Source of the DNA: Candidatus Kerfeldbacteria bacterium
GTDB taxonomy: Bacteria > Patescibacteriota > Patescibacteriia > UBA9570 > XYC2-FULL-38-9
Length of the DNA: 64,000 bases
Reading direction: 5' to 3'
Assembly (NCBI GenBank): GCA_016182555.1
Contig: JACPGJ010000004.1
Span: 14,751-78,750, forward strand
Shown: positions 1 to 9,944 of the stretch, piece after piece
Numbering within the stretch: position 1 is the first letter of the stretch
Layout of the letters: each line of letters opens with the position of its first letter
Made by a program: the position numbers and the translations under genes
The notes under the pieces: model-generated
What the model saw: the letters and a program-made list of their open reading frames with translations, nothing else
What the model was told of the DNA's origin: nothing
The model's database searches: none

Positions 1-1
1 A

Positions 2-274
2 GTACAACGCGGGAACAACTATGCCACGATCTCTTGGAAAAAACCGAATGGCGGTGGCGTGAAAAAATACCGCGTACAACTATGGGTGAAGCAAGAGGGT
101 AAATATAAATTATTATCCACACAGGTGATAACGAAAAAATTGAAACGCAAAATGGTGCGTTCACGACTGCGATACTTAACTCCACAAACCCATTATCGTG
201 TGAAGCTTCGTGCGTTGTTTACCAATAGTGATATCGGTCCTTGGTCTTCATACCGAAAATTTTCTACCCGTTAA
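2..274 (+). CDS. C-terminal fibronectin type III-like domain of a secreted/surface protein (5' end outside window)
   Basis: Open frame from base 2: ATISWKKP...YRVQLW...LTPQTHYRVKLRA...GPWS, the FN3 W/Y/LxPxTxY pattern. Confidence 0.7.
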   Translation, partial: VQRGNNYATISWKKPNGGGVKKYRVQLWVKQEGKYKLLSTQVITKKLKRKMVRSRLRYLTPQTHYRVKLRALFTNSDIGPWSSYRKFSTR

Positions 275-291
275 TCCACTTCCCAATCAAT

Positions 292-1704
292 TCATACCAT
301 CAATATTTTATCTCCGCGAACCAACACGATTTGCTTATCACGTTTTGCGTTATCAATCAACTCGCGTGTAAAACCAGACGTAGAACAAAGAATAAATTTT
401 TGTGCATAGTTTTTTGCGGAAAGATAACCAACAAACTGCGATTGCTCTTGTAGATGGTGCAACACTGCGGAACCAACGAGCTTGCGGCTATGCTTGGCTT
501 CCACAAAACTGATTATCCCCCGTTCATCATCTACTCCAACCATATCAATCTCAACATCTTTACTCCAAAACCGACGCGCACCCATTAAACGAAAACCCAG
601 GGTATCTTCTTGAGATTGGAGTATCGTCTTTATCATCTGTTCATACACTCCTGATTGAAAGAGTGAAAAATCTTTCTGAATCAATTTCACCATTTCCGCT
701 ACTCGACCTTCGGCGAGTACATCACGGTGCGGGAAAATATAACGAAACCAAAATTGAATAAAGTGTTCTTCCAAAAAATATAAACCGGATTTTGATTTTT
801 CTGGGTGGTGTCCAAATGGTACTTCGCGACGAATAAAATGCAGTCGTTGCAGATTGCTTAAATATTGCGTTATTGTTCCTTTTTGTAAACCACTACGTGC
901 AATAATTTCCGATAATTTATGCGCCCCAAACGCAATGCTGGAAAGCAGAGAAAAATAGATGGCGGGTTCGCGCAGCTCTTCCTGAATAAGAAATTCTACT
1001 TCATCTTTGAGTAGCGCATTTTTTGTAAGCGTCATCGCCGCGACATTTTCCCAAAATGATTTTTTTCTATCGTACTGTTCCCAATAAAGCGGAATCCCCC
1101 CGCAGAGCGAATAGATATTCAAGAGATCATCAAATTTCTTTACACCAAAATATTCTTTCAGTGGCTGATAGCTCATGGGAAGAACATGTAATATACCAGT
1201 TTTCCGGCCATACAACGGCGACTGATATTCCAGCGCTAATCGTTGCATCATACTCATACTGGAACCCGCAACAATGAGTTTAATTTTTCCCTGCCCGGTT
1301 GTTGTTGCGCGTGAATGAAAAAGATGATCGAGAATATATTGAAATTCGATCGCAATATTTTTATCAGACTCCACAAGATAGGGAAATTCATCAAGCACAA
1401 CCGTAATCGTTTTACCCTCTTTCAATAATCGTTCAAAGGCTTGTTTCCATGAAGAAAATCCGCGTTCGGCAATAAATGTATCTTTCAAGTACGCACCGGC
1501 TTGCTGTGAAAATTGAGCTAATTGTTGGACGCGCGGCAAGCGTTGTGCCATATAATAAAACCCTTCTTGTTTTTTAAGGATTTCTAACAATAACGATGTT
1601 TTCCCCACTCGCCTTTTCCCATACACCAGAATACATTCATTTTTTTTGCTCTGAATGGCTTGCTGCACATACGTTAATTCTTCGATTCTATTAACAAATT
1701 TCAT
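292..1704 (-). CDS. Archaeal-type AAA+ ATPase with wHTH and C-terminal DUF234 PD-(D/E)XK-like domain
   Basis: MKFVNRIEEL start, Walker A YGKRRVGKT, Walker B VVLDEFPYL, GSS, PLYGR, GGIP, C-terminal EIDMV...VEAK. Confidence 0.85.
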   Translation of the reverse strand: MKFVNRIEELTYVQQAIQSKKNECILVYGKRRVGKTSLLLEILKKQEGFYYMAQRLPRVQQLAQFSQQAGAYLKDTFIAERGFSSWKQAFERLLKEGKTITVVLDEFPYLVESDKNIAIEFQYILDHLFHSRATTTGQGKIKLIVAGSSMSMMQRLALEYQSPLYGRKTGILHVLPMSYQPLKEYFGVKKFDDLLNIYSLCGGIPLYWEQYDRKKSFWENVAAMTLTKNALLKDEVEFLIQEELREPAIYFSLLSSIAFGAHKLSEIIARSGLQKGTITQYLSNLQRLHFIRREVPFGHHPEKSKSGLYFLEEHFIQFWFRYIFPHRDVLAEGRVAEMVKLIQKDFSLFQSGVYEQMIKTILQSQEDTLGFRLMGARRFWSKDVEIDMVGVDDERGIISFVEAKHSRKLVGSAVLHHLQEQSQFVGYLSAKNYAQKFILCSTSGFTRELIDNAKRDKQIVLVRGDKILMV

Positions 1705-1708
1705 TATT

Positions 1709-1774
1709 TTAGTCTATATATGATTATAATAATCGTGTATAGACTAATTATAACATGCGCTAGAAATTTGTCTA
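1709..1774 (-). promoter_or_regulatory. Sigma70-like promoter (TAGACA-16-TATAAT) and 39-bp palindromic operator of the ATPase gene
   Basis: TTAGTCTATA (1709-1718) / TATAGACTAA (1738-1747) with near-perfect inner symmetry; -10 at 1747-1752, -35 at 1769-1774. Confidence 0.55.
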
Positions 1775-1916
1775 CTCCGCTTTGCAATATTAGTGAGCAC
1801 TTATGCTAAGAAAGTTGACAAATGTTAGTTTATATGTTATTTTAAGAATAATGATCTTCAAGAATGCTCTTAATTATAGGTTCGAAGTGAAATAAAATAA
1901 AAGTGTAATTAATCGT

Positions 1917-3053
1917 ATGGCAGAAAGACGAGTAGCTAGGCAAGAGCATTTTATAACACGAAATAGCAGGGAGTTATTTGATCTCGTTCATAAAATATCG
2001 TTACCGGTTTCAGCACTGAGACATGAAAAATCTGATGTATTAAATCAAGCGGTTCATATTTTAGCTAAACTTGAGATAAGTACAGAAGTTTTTATGAAAG
2101 GTTTTGCCATAGAACGATTATTGATTTTGTTATCAGTAGCAGATGAATATTTAAGTACAAAAAACATTTCTGAACGTAAAGCATTGTTAGAACTCATTAA
2201 ACAATTTGCGATAAATAAAGCTGAGAGTGGGAAGATTATTTCCATAAGTCCTTTTATTCAACGTTTTTCAAGAATGCCGATTCCTGAAGGTGAATCAACA
2301 GAATTACGCGATGGATTATTACGGGAGAAAACTCGTATGGCGCAATTTGATCCTGAAAAAGAGTATATCCAACCAGTGAATTCTCTACCACCAGAAAGTT
2401 TACTTTCAAATAGCAGAGAGAATATACAAATACTGCCAAAACAGTCTGAAGAATTAACGAGAGCATTAAACAATAGTCCCTCACCGTTAATTGATATAGA
2501 GGTGCAAAGATTGAGTGAAATTATGGAAAAACCATTTGTTTTTGGTCCAATCAAAGTAGAGGTATTGGATATGTCAGTAGCTGAATTTAAAAAGTATTTT
2601 GGAGGAGTGGGTTTTTGGAATCAGCCAAATATTATTATTGTTCCAAAAGACTATGGTGAAGACACGATTCGGCATGAATTTATACATATTCAAAGTGCAT
2701 TTAATGGATTTGGTGTTATGACAATAAGTTCTATTAAAAAACCACATTTATTTTTTTATCTTAATGAAGGATTAACAGAAAATTTAACACGTAAGCCAAG
2801 GCATTATAAGGCTGAGCGAAGAGTAATACAAAAATTAATTCAGCAAAATCCTGCTATAGAGAATATGTTGTATAAAGCATATCTTGATTTTCGTTATAGA
2901 CGTCAATTATATGATATGCTTATTACTCAGGTTGGGTTAAAAGGTTTTTTAGCCCTTGCGCGTATGAATAGTAGCTTTGAAGAAAATTATTATATGGGCC
3001 CGTTAGAGAAAAAAATTATGATTTCATGTGAGCAAGCCTATAATTTACTTTGA
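1917..3053 (+). CDS. AT-rich hypothetical protein with gluzincin-type Zn-metallopeptidase motif
   Basis: 378-aa ORF; HEFIH (HExxH) followed by LNEGLTE (NExxxE third ligand). Confidence 0.55.
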   Translation: MAERRVARQEHFITRNSRELFDLVHKISLPVSALRHEKSDVLNQAVHILAKLEISTEVFMKGFAIERLLILLSVADEYLSTKNISERKALLELIKQFAINKAESGKIISISPFIQRFSRMPIPEGESTELRDGLLREKTRMAQFDPEKEYIQPVNSLPPESLLSNSRENIQILPKQSEELTRALNNSPSPLIDIEVQRLSEIMEKPFVFGPIKVEVLDMSVAEFKKYFGGVGFWNQPNIIIVPKDYGEDTIRHEFIHIQSAFNGFGVMTISSIKKPHLFFYLNEGLTENLTRKPRHYKAERRVIQKLIQQNPAIENMLYKAYLDFRYRRQLYDMLITQVGLKGFLALARMNSSFEENYYMGPLEKKIMISCEQAYNLL

Positions 3054-3175
3054 ATAACCACTGCGCGTTTGTGGCTAAACAATCAGAAAGGTATCATACG
3101 CAATATAGAGTTTTAAGTTCTTGCTGTATGCTCTCTTTTTCTATACACTAAAGGAAAATCACTAAACGCTTTTTT

Positions 3176-4261
3176 ATGAAACCCATTCGCGAAGCACTCA
3201 CCTACGACGACGTACTTCTGGTTCCAAAATATTCAGAAATTTTACCGGCAGATGCCGTATTGAAAACACGACTTGGTTGGTTGGAACTAGAACTCCCCTT
3301 TATCAGCGCGCCAATGGATACAGTCACAGAAAGTGGAATGGCCATAGCCATGGCAAAACTCGGTGGTCTGGGTATTATTCATAAAAATATGAGTGCCGCC
3401 GATCAAGCTGGGCAAGTGAAAAAAGTAGCAACAAAAGGGTTAGCTGTGGGTGCGGCCATTTCGGTGAGCGATGAACAGTTTGAACGTGCAGCGCAGTGTG
3501 TGGAAGCAGGCGCTGCGGTCATTATCGTTGATTCTGCACATGGTCATTCCAAAGGGGTGTTGGCCCAGGTGAAACGTTTAAAAAAAACATTTAAAAAACG
3601 TGTGGTCGTGATTGGTGGAAATGTTGCCAGCAGTGAAGGAACACAAGCGCTTATCGCTGCTGGAGCAGATGTAGTGAAAGTGGGTATTGGTCCAGGTTCT
3701 ATTTGTACCACACGCATTGTGGCAGGTATTGGTGTTCCTCAACTAACTGCAGTGATGGATTGTGTAGAGGCAACCCGCAAAACAAAACGCCCCGTACAGA
3801 TTATTGCCGATGGTGGCATTAAATATTCTGGTGATGTGGTGAAAGCCATGGCCGCAGGTGCAGCAGCGATTATGGCTGGCGGATTATTTTCTGGTACCAC
3901 AGAAGCACCCGGCGAACTGGTGATGATCGATGGCCAAGAAATGAAACAATACCGCGGCATGGGTTCAATGGAAGCGATGGAAAAAGGTTCGAAAGATCGA
4001 TACGGCCAAAAAGAAACACGCGAAAAGAAAAAACTCGTACCAGAAGGGATTGTTGGGTACACACCATACAAAGGTTCAGTGAATGATATTGTTTATCAAC
4101 TTGCTGGTGGTTTACGTGCAGGTATGGGCTATAATGGTACCCGCACCATCGCCGCATTACAAAAAAACCCCACATTCGTGCGTATCACAAACGCTGGGTT
4201 AAGTGAATCGCATCCACACACATTGAAAGCCATTGTGCATGCGCCGAATTACAAACGTTAA
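3176..4261 (+). CDS. guaB: IMP dehydrogenase lacking the CBS (Bateman) domain
   Basis: [21 protein letters not shown], catalytic [26 protein letters not shown]; only 361 aa. Confidence 0.95.
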   Translation: MKPIREALTYDDVLLVPKYSEILPADAVLKTRLGWLELELPFISAPMDTVTESGMAIAMAKLGGLGIIHKNMSAADQAGQVKKVATKGLAVGAAISVSDEQFERAAQCVEAGAAVIIVDSAHGHSKGVLAQVKRLKKTFKKRVVVIGGNVASSEGTQALIAAGADVVKVGIGPGSICTTRIVAGIGVPQLTAVMDCVEATRKTKRPVQIIADGGIKYSGDVVKAMAAGAAAIMAGGLFSGTTEAPGELVMIDGQEMKQYRGMGSMEAMEKGSKDRYGQKETREKKKLVPEGIVGYTPYKGSVNDIVYQLAGGLRAGMGYNGTRTIAALQKNPTFVRITNAGLSESHPHTLKAIVHAPNYKR

Positions 4262-5919
4262 TCGACGTTGAAAATTTTCCGCATCTCCCACAAACGGCTC
4301 GAAATATACGGGCGACGTGTTTCTCCAGTTGTCACCATGAGCAATTTGGTAATTTTCAAATACTCAGCGTCCGTATATAACAGAATCAACATTTCACGAA
4401 TATAGTTCGTATTGAGAGTCACGTAATTATCTGTTCCTACTCCTAATTGCAAACCTTTTTTTTCCCACCAAGAAAATGGGTGATCTTTAAAATCTGGTAC
4501 GAAATGCGTGAGGCGGAAATTCGATGATGGCAGGGAAACAAGGGACACCTGTTTATTGATCATGCGATTCAAAATATCGTGCTGGTAATGTTCCACTTCA
4601 CGAGCCGTATGGAACTTCGCCTTCGTGAAGGTAATCATTTCTGTATACGACAGTCGTTGCCCGGCAATCAATTTATCACGCACACCCAAATCATCGTCAT
4701 ACCAGCCCATCTCCATCACTTCATCATATTCGATAGTTCCTTCTTTCAAAGCGCGACCATCGATATTCCATTGCACGACGCGTTGGAATAAACTATGAAA
4801 ATAGTAATTCGGGTTCACTCCTAATGCAAGACCGTGTTCGAGTGAATCAATATGCCATATATTCATGGCGTTATCTACAGCTTGAATACCGCGGCGCAGA
4901 GTTTTCCAGGTTTCCCCATGGTGACTGCGAATACGAAAACCCGCGAATTGCAGTTTGCGAAACGCCTTCGTCATATCTAAATAATGCTGTTTACGGTAAA
5001 AATATTTCTCATCGCCCACCGTATCTATTTCACACAAATGATCACGTAATTGTGGATGACGCTCAATCATTTGTAACATGGCATTCACTTGATCTTCCAC
5101 ATCTTCTTTTTTGGTGGCGAAACGAGATTGATCAAAATAGTCTGGTTCTTTTCTGAAGACTGGTGAAAGGATAAAGTTAAAATCTGGATGCGCGCGTTGA
5201 AATTGGGCGAATCCATCATACAACCCCAGGACCACGTCTTCGGGTGTCAACCGTTCAATGCCAGGAATAATTTCGGATTCACGCGTACTATTTTTGCGTG
5301 AAAGCGTAAATTTCAAACGCACGTGTCCTACATTATATTTTGTATAGAGTTCATTTGCCAAAAAGTACGCTGCTTCTTTATGCGCTGTTCTGTTCGTCAG
5401 TACGAGCTTGGTTAAAAAAACAATTTGTAGATATCGATCAAAATATTCATTCTTTTGTAACCGAATCAGCTTGTCAACATCTGCTTTGGAGCGAATATGT
5501 GCGCTGCCCGGACCATACACATGCTCAATCTGTTCTTTGATTCGTTTTCCGTTTTTGCCGACCAGAAGTTTTTTCAAACGCGGGTAGACAAAATCCGCCG
5601 TGAGTGCACCGGTCAAATGGGTATGGTCTTCTCGATATTTCAATGGGAAATGCTGAAAAAATTGAAACAGCGCAGCAGAAACTGGATGGTCCAAAAGTGC
5701 ACGAATATCCGCTTTACTAATTTGATACGCAAGCAACCGTTCACGAAAATCTGCCACAGATTTGACTGCACGCGCACTCACCTGCTCAACATGATAACTC
5801 GTCATGAGTTCCAAGGTGTCTTCCAAGCTAATACCATTGGTTTCACTAATGATACTGGTAAAAAAATGCGTCAGCTCTTTTACCAGCTTTGGGTCATGAG
5901 CACGTGTTTGTGTATTCAT
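4258..5919 (-). CDS. Adenosine/AMP deaminase-family amidohydrolase, large RdrB-like architecture
   Basis: DHTHLTG (HxH), SHHGE, EHGLALG, SLPSSN, GTDN metal/catalytic motifs; 553 aa. Confidence 0.75.
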   Translation of the reverse strand: MNTQTRAHDPKLVKELTHFFTSIISETNGISLEDTLELMTSYHVEQVSARAVKSVADFRERLLAYQISKADIRALLDHPVSAALFQFFQHFPLKYREDHTHLTGALTADFVYPRLKKLLVGKNGKRIKEQIEHVYGPGSAHIRSKADVDKLIRLQKNEYFDRYLQIVFLTKLVLTNRTAHKEAAYFLANELYTKYNVGHVRLKFTLSRKNSTRESEIIPGIERLTPEDVVLGLYDGFAQFQRAHPDFNFILSPVFRKEPDYFDQSRFATKKEDVEDQVNAMLQMIERHPQLRDHLCEIDTVGDEKYFYRKQHYLDMTKAFRKLQFAGFRIRSHHGETWKTLRRGIQAVDNAMNIWHIDSLEHGLALGVNPNYYFHSLFQRVVQWNIDGRALKEGTIEYDEVMEMGWYDDDLGVRDKLIAGQRLSYTEMITFTKAKFHTAREVEHYQHDILNRMINKQVSLVSLPSSNFRLTHFVPDFKDHPFSWWEKKGLQLGVGTDNYVTLNTNYIREMLILLYTDAEYLKITKLLMVTTGETRRPYISSRLWEMRKIFNVD

Positions 5920-6002
5920 TAACTACAGTATATCAAAAAATTGAACGAAATGCAAGTGCAAGTGCAAGTGCGAAGGGCCATCAACACCTGTGACGTAATC
6001 AT

Positions 6003-6038
6003 ACAAAAACACCCGCTCGTGGAGAGCAGGTGTTTTGT
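6003..6038 (-). terminator. Intrinsic terminator after rpoC
   Basis: Minus strand: CACCTGCTC-tccac-GAGCGGGTG followed by TTTTT. Confidence 0.75.
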
Positions 6039-6060
6039 GAAGAACAGTACGTGAATAGAT

Positions 6061-9000
6061 CTAACCGCGGAAACCCGTGCCGACAGGAATGAGCTTACCA
6101 ATGATGACATTTTCTTTCAGGCCACGGAGATGATCAATCTTTCCAGAAACCGCCGCATCAATCAAGATACGTGCTGTTTCTTGGAACGATGCCGCTGACA
6201 AAAATGAATCGACCGATAACGATGCTTTGGTAATGCCCAGCAATACTGGCTCAACCACTGCAGATTTTCCACTACGTGCTTTTGCTGCTTCATTTGCTTC
6301 GGTGAGCGTCATCTTCGACACAATATCACCAACCACTAAATCGGTATCCTTCGAATCGAGCACTTTCATGCGGGCAAACATTTGCCGAATAATGACCTCA
6401 ATGTGTTTATCATTCAACTTCTGTCCTTGGGAAGAATAGATATACTGAATTTCTTTGATGATGTATTTCTGTACAGCCTCTACTCCTTGCAATGTATACA
6501 ATTCATACAAATCTAAACTCCCTTCGGTCAATTGTTGCCCCATGCTGATGAGCTCACCTTTCTTCACCCAGACACCGTATCCTGCTGGCACGGTGAATTC
6601 TCGTACTTTCGTTTCTGGACCAAACAAGGTCATTTTGGTTTTTTCCACCGCAACAACACCAGACAATCGCGCTTTCACTGGGCCTTCTTCAGATTCATAC
6701 AATACCTCACCCTTCTTCACTTTCGCACCATCTTTCACCTTCACCTTATCTTCCGCTTTCACCGTGTATTTTTCTTTAACGTCGGAAGTGTATTCAACGC
6801 GAATAACTTTCTGCCGATCTTCTTCCACAATTTCTGTCACCGTACCATCGACATCGGCGATAATTGCCGCTTTCTTCAATGGGCGGGCTTCAAACAATTC
6901 TTCAACACGAGGAAGACCTTGGGTAATATCGGCTCCAGCAACACCTCCAGTGTGGAACGTACGCATAGTCAGCTGCGTGCCCGGTTCACCAATCGATTGA
7001 GCGGCGATAATACCAGCAGCAGTGCCCATAGCCACTAATCGGTTATGGCCTAAATCGTAACCATAACACTTTTGACATACCCCACGGTCAATCAAGCAGG
7101 TGAGCACGGAACGTACTACGGCTTGCTTAATCTTTTTATTCTTGAATTTTTCTAAATGCTCTGTTTCCACTAACTCACCCTTACCCACTAATACCTTACC
7201 TTTTTCATCAACTAAGTCTTCGACCAATGTGCGGCCCCAAACGCGTTCAATAATTGGCGTACCAAAATCTTCCGATTCTTCGGCAGATAAATGAACACCT
7301 TCCTTCGCTCCACAATCTTCGGACACAATCACCACATCTTGCGCAACATCGACTAAACGACGAGTGAGGTAGCCAGCATTCGCTGTACGTAGAGCGGTGT
7401 CAGACAACCCTTTACGCGCACCATGAGTAGAAATGAAATATTCCAACACATCAAAACCTTCTTTAAAGTTCGCTTTCACCGGCAACTCAATCGTTTCACC
7501 AGATGGGTTAATCACCAACCCTTTCATACCCATCATTTGGGTGGTCTGCCCCCACGAACCACGAGCACCCGAGTTGATCATGGAATAGGCCGGGCTATTA
7601 CGATCCAACGAATTCTGACAAATAATCGTTACATCATTTTTTGCTTTTGTCCAAATTTCAATCACTTTTGCACGACGTTCTTCGTCGGTCAGCAAACCCA
7701 TATTGAAATGCGTATACACTTCGTCAACAAGCAACTCCGCTTGCTTAATCACATCGTATTTTGCTTCCGGCACAATCAAATCATCCATGCCCCAACTCAT
7801 ACCAGATTGGGTGACATATTCAATCGCCAAATCTTTCACATCATCCAACAATTGCACGGTGCGTTCTTGACCAAGATGATTCAAACAATCGGCAATCAAT
7901 TCTTTCAACCCTTTCTTATCAATGACTTCATTCACATACTGCTGCTCCTTTGGCAAAATTTCGTTGAAAATAATGCGGCCCGGAGAAGTTTCCACCATCT
8001 CTTTGCCCATTTTCAATTTCACTAATTGTTGTAAACCAATACGTTCGGATTGATACGCGAATAATACTTCTTCTTTTGTAGCAAATGGCAACAATTCTTT
8101 ATCGTCAGTCTTCTGCGCGGTAAAGGTGAGGTAATAGGTTCCCAACACAATATCCTGAGATGGAGTAACAATCGGTTCACCGGTTGCTGGTTTCAGCAAA
8201 TTCTGGGTGGAGAGCATCAGTTCTTTGGCTTCCTTGCGTGCTTCTTTGGACAGCGGAACGTGCACAGCCATCTGGTCTCCATCGAAGTCGGCGTTGAACG
8301 CCGGACAGACCAATGGATGAACTTGAATCGCTTTTCCTTCAATCAGTAATGGTTGAAAGGCCTGAATACCCAAACGATGAAGAGTCGGAGCGCGGTTCAA
8401 GAGTACATGCGCATCTTTCGTTACCTCTTCCAAAATGTCCCATACTTCCGAACGATTCGATTCAATGAATCGATTCGCGGAACGTACATTATAGACATAT
8501 TCTCGTTCAATCAATTTTGCAATGACAAATGATTTAAACAATTCCAGAGCCATTTTCTTTGGAAGACCACATTGGTTCAATTTCAAGTGTGGACCAACAA
8601 CAATCACCGAACGGCCAGAGTAGTCAACGCGTTTACCCAACAAGTTTTGGCGGAAGCGACCTTGCTTCCCTTTCAACATATCAGCAAGTGATTTCAGTTG
8701 CCGTTTTTGACCAGTCGACGCTGTGACGGTTTTGCCATGACGGGCGCTGTTATCAATTAACGCATCAACGGCTTCTTGTAACATGCGTTTTTCGTTACGC
8801 TGAATCACCTCTGGTGCATTCAATTCCTGCAACCGCTTCAACCGATTGTTACGGTTAATCACACGGCGATACAAATCATTCAAATCCGAAGAGGCAAAAC
8901 GACCACCATCTAATTGCACCATGGGGCGCAAGTCCGGAGGAATAATGGGCACCACGCGCATAATCATCCACTCTGGTTTGATGCCATTCGTTTGCAGATT

Positions 9001-9921
9001 TTTCACCAATTTCAAACGACGACGCAACCGATGTTGCTGATTTTTGCTTGCTTCTGCCAATTCCAATTCCAACGCTTTTCCTAATTCAGTGAGGTCAATA
9101 CGTGCCAGTAGGCGGTGAATCGCTTCGGCACCAATGGCTGCTTCAAATACGTGCCCGTATTTCAAAGACAAATCATAGTATTGGCTTTCAGAAACAATTT
9201 GTAATGGCGCAAGTGATTGTAATTCTTTTCGTGCAATGCTAGCGGCTTCTTCAATATCTTTCACTTTTTCATCGCGCATAATAGCCGCGTTGATCAATTC
9301 CTGCTCAAATGCTTTTTCTTGTTTCGCGGCTTCAGCGGCTTTCATCGTCGCTCGTTCTTTCTCACTTTCTGCACGACGTTTCTTAATTTCGGCCACCACT
9401 TCGCTGCTTTCCTGACGAATCAATTTCTTCTTCTGTTCTAATTCCGATTCAATTTGTGCGAGTGTTTGTTCACGTAACTGATCGTTCACGTCACTAATAA
9501 TATAGTTCGCAAAATATACAACCTTCTCTAAACTTTGCGTAGACAAATTCAGCAACAATCCGATCTTCGATGGTACCCCACGGAGAAACCAAATATGCGT
9601 TACTGGGGCCGCAAGGTCGATGTGTCCCATGCGATCACGGCGAACAATCGAACGGGTAACTTCGACACCGCATTTGTCACAGACGATGCCCTTGTAGCGA
9701 ATGCGTTTATACTTTCCGCAGTAACACTCCCAATCTTTTGACGGACCGAAAATCTTTTCGCAGAACAATCCATCTTTTTCTGGTTTTTGTGTACGATAGT
9801 TAATCGTTTCTGGTCGCAGCACTTCGCCATAAGACCATTTGTGAATATCGTCCGGTGAAGCAAGCTTCAAACGAATGGCCGAGAAATCTGCAACTTGTGT
9901 GGTGTTATCATGAAATGACAT
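6061..9921 (-). CDS. rpoC: DNA-directed RNA polymerase beta' subunit
   Basis: [12 protein letters not shown] catalytic motif, Zn-binding CYCGKYK...[17 protein letters not shown]. Confidence 0.99.
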   Translation of the reverse strand: MSFHDNTTQVADFSAIRLKLASPDDIHKWSYGEVLRPETINYRTQKPEKDGLFCEKIFGPSKDWECYCGKYKRIRYKGIVCDKCGVEVTRSIVRRDRMGHIDLAAPVTHIWFLRGVPSKIGLLLNLSTQSLEKVVYFANYIISDVNDQLREQTLAQIESELEQKKKLIRQESSEVVAEIKKRRAESEKERATMKAAEAAKQEKAFEQELINAAIMRDEKVKDIEEAASIARKELQSLAPLQIVSESQYYDLSLKYGHVFEAAIGAEAIHRLLARIDLTELGKALELELAEASKNQQHRLRRRLKLVKNLQTNGIKPEWMIMRVVPIIPPDLRPMVQLDGGRFASSDLNDLYRRVINRNNRLKRLQELNAPEVIQRNEKRMLQEAVDALIDNSARHGKTVTASTGQKRQLKSLADMLKGKQGRFRQNLLGKRVDYSGRSVIVVGPHLKLNQCGLPKKMALELFKSFVIAKLIEREYVYNVRSANRFIESNRSEVWDILEEVTKDAHVLLNRAPTLHRLGIQAFQPLLIEGKAIQVHPLVCPAFNADFDGDQMAVHVPLSKEARKEAKELMLSTQNLLKPATGEPIVTPSQDIVLGTYYLTFTAQKTDDKELLPFATKEEVLFAYQSERIGLQQLVKLKMGKEMVETSPGRIIFNEILPKEQQYVNEVIDKKGLKELIADCLNHLGQERTVQLLDDVKDLAIEYVTQSGMSWGMDDLIVPEAKYDVIKQAELLVDEVYTHFNMGLLTDEERRAKVIEIWTKAKNDVTIICQNSLDRNSPAYSMINSGARGSWGQTTQMMGMKGLVINPSGETIELPVKANFKEGFDVLEYFISTHGARKGLSDTALRTANAGYLTRRLVDVAQDVVIVSEDCGAKEGVHLSAEESEDFGTPIIERVWGRTLVEDLVDEKGKVLVGKGELVETEHLEKFKNKKIKQAVVRSVLTCLIDRGVCQKCYGYDLGHNRLVAMGTAAGIIAAQSIGEPGTQLTMRTFHTGGVAGADITQGLPRVEELFEARPLKKAAIIADVDGTVTEIVEEDRQKVIRVEYTSDVKEKYTVKAEDKVKVKDGAKVKKGEVLYESEEGPVKARLSGVVAVEKTKMTLFGPETKVREFTVPAGYGVWVKKGELISMGQQLTEGSLDLYELYTLQGVEAVQKYIIKEIQYIYSSQGQKLNDKHIEVIIRQMFARMKVLDSKDTDLVVGDIVSKMTLTEANEAAKARSGKSAVVEPVLLGITKASLSVDSFLSAASFQETARILIDAAVSGKIDHLRGLKENVIIGKLIPVGTGFRG

Positions 9922-9944
9922 AGGTATATATATTCGTTTAATGA

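Noticed and set aside
292-5919. Complete RADAR system (ATPase at 292-1704 plus the deaminase)
   Set aside because: The ATPase is a DUF234 archaeal-type protein, not RdrA, and is separated from the deaminase by two oppositely oriented genes
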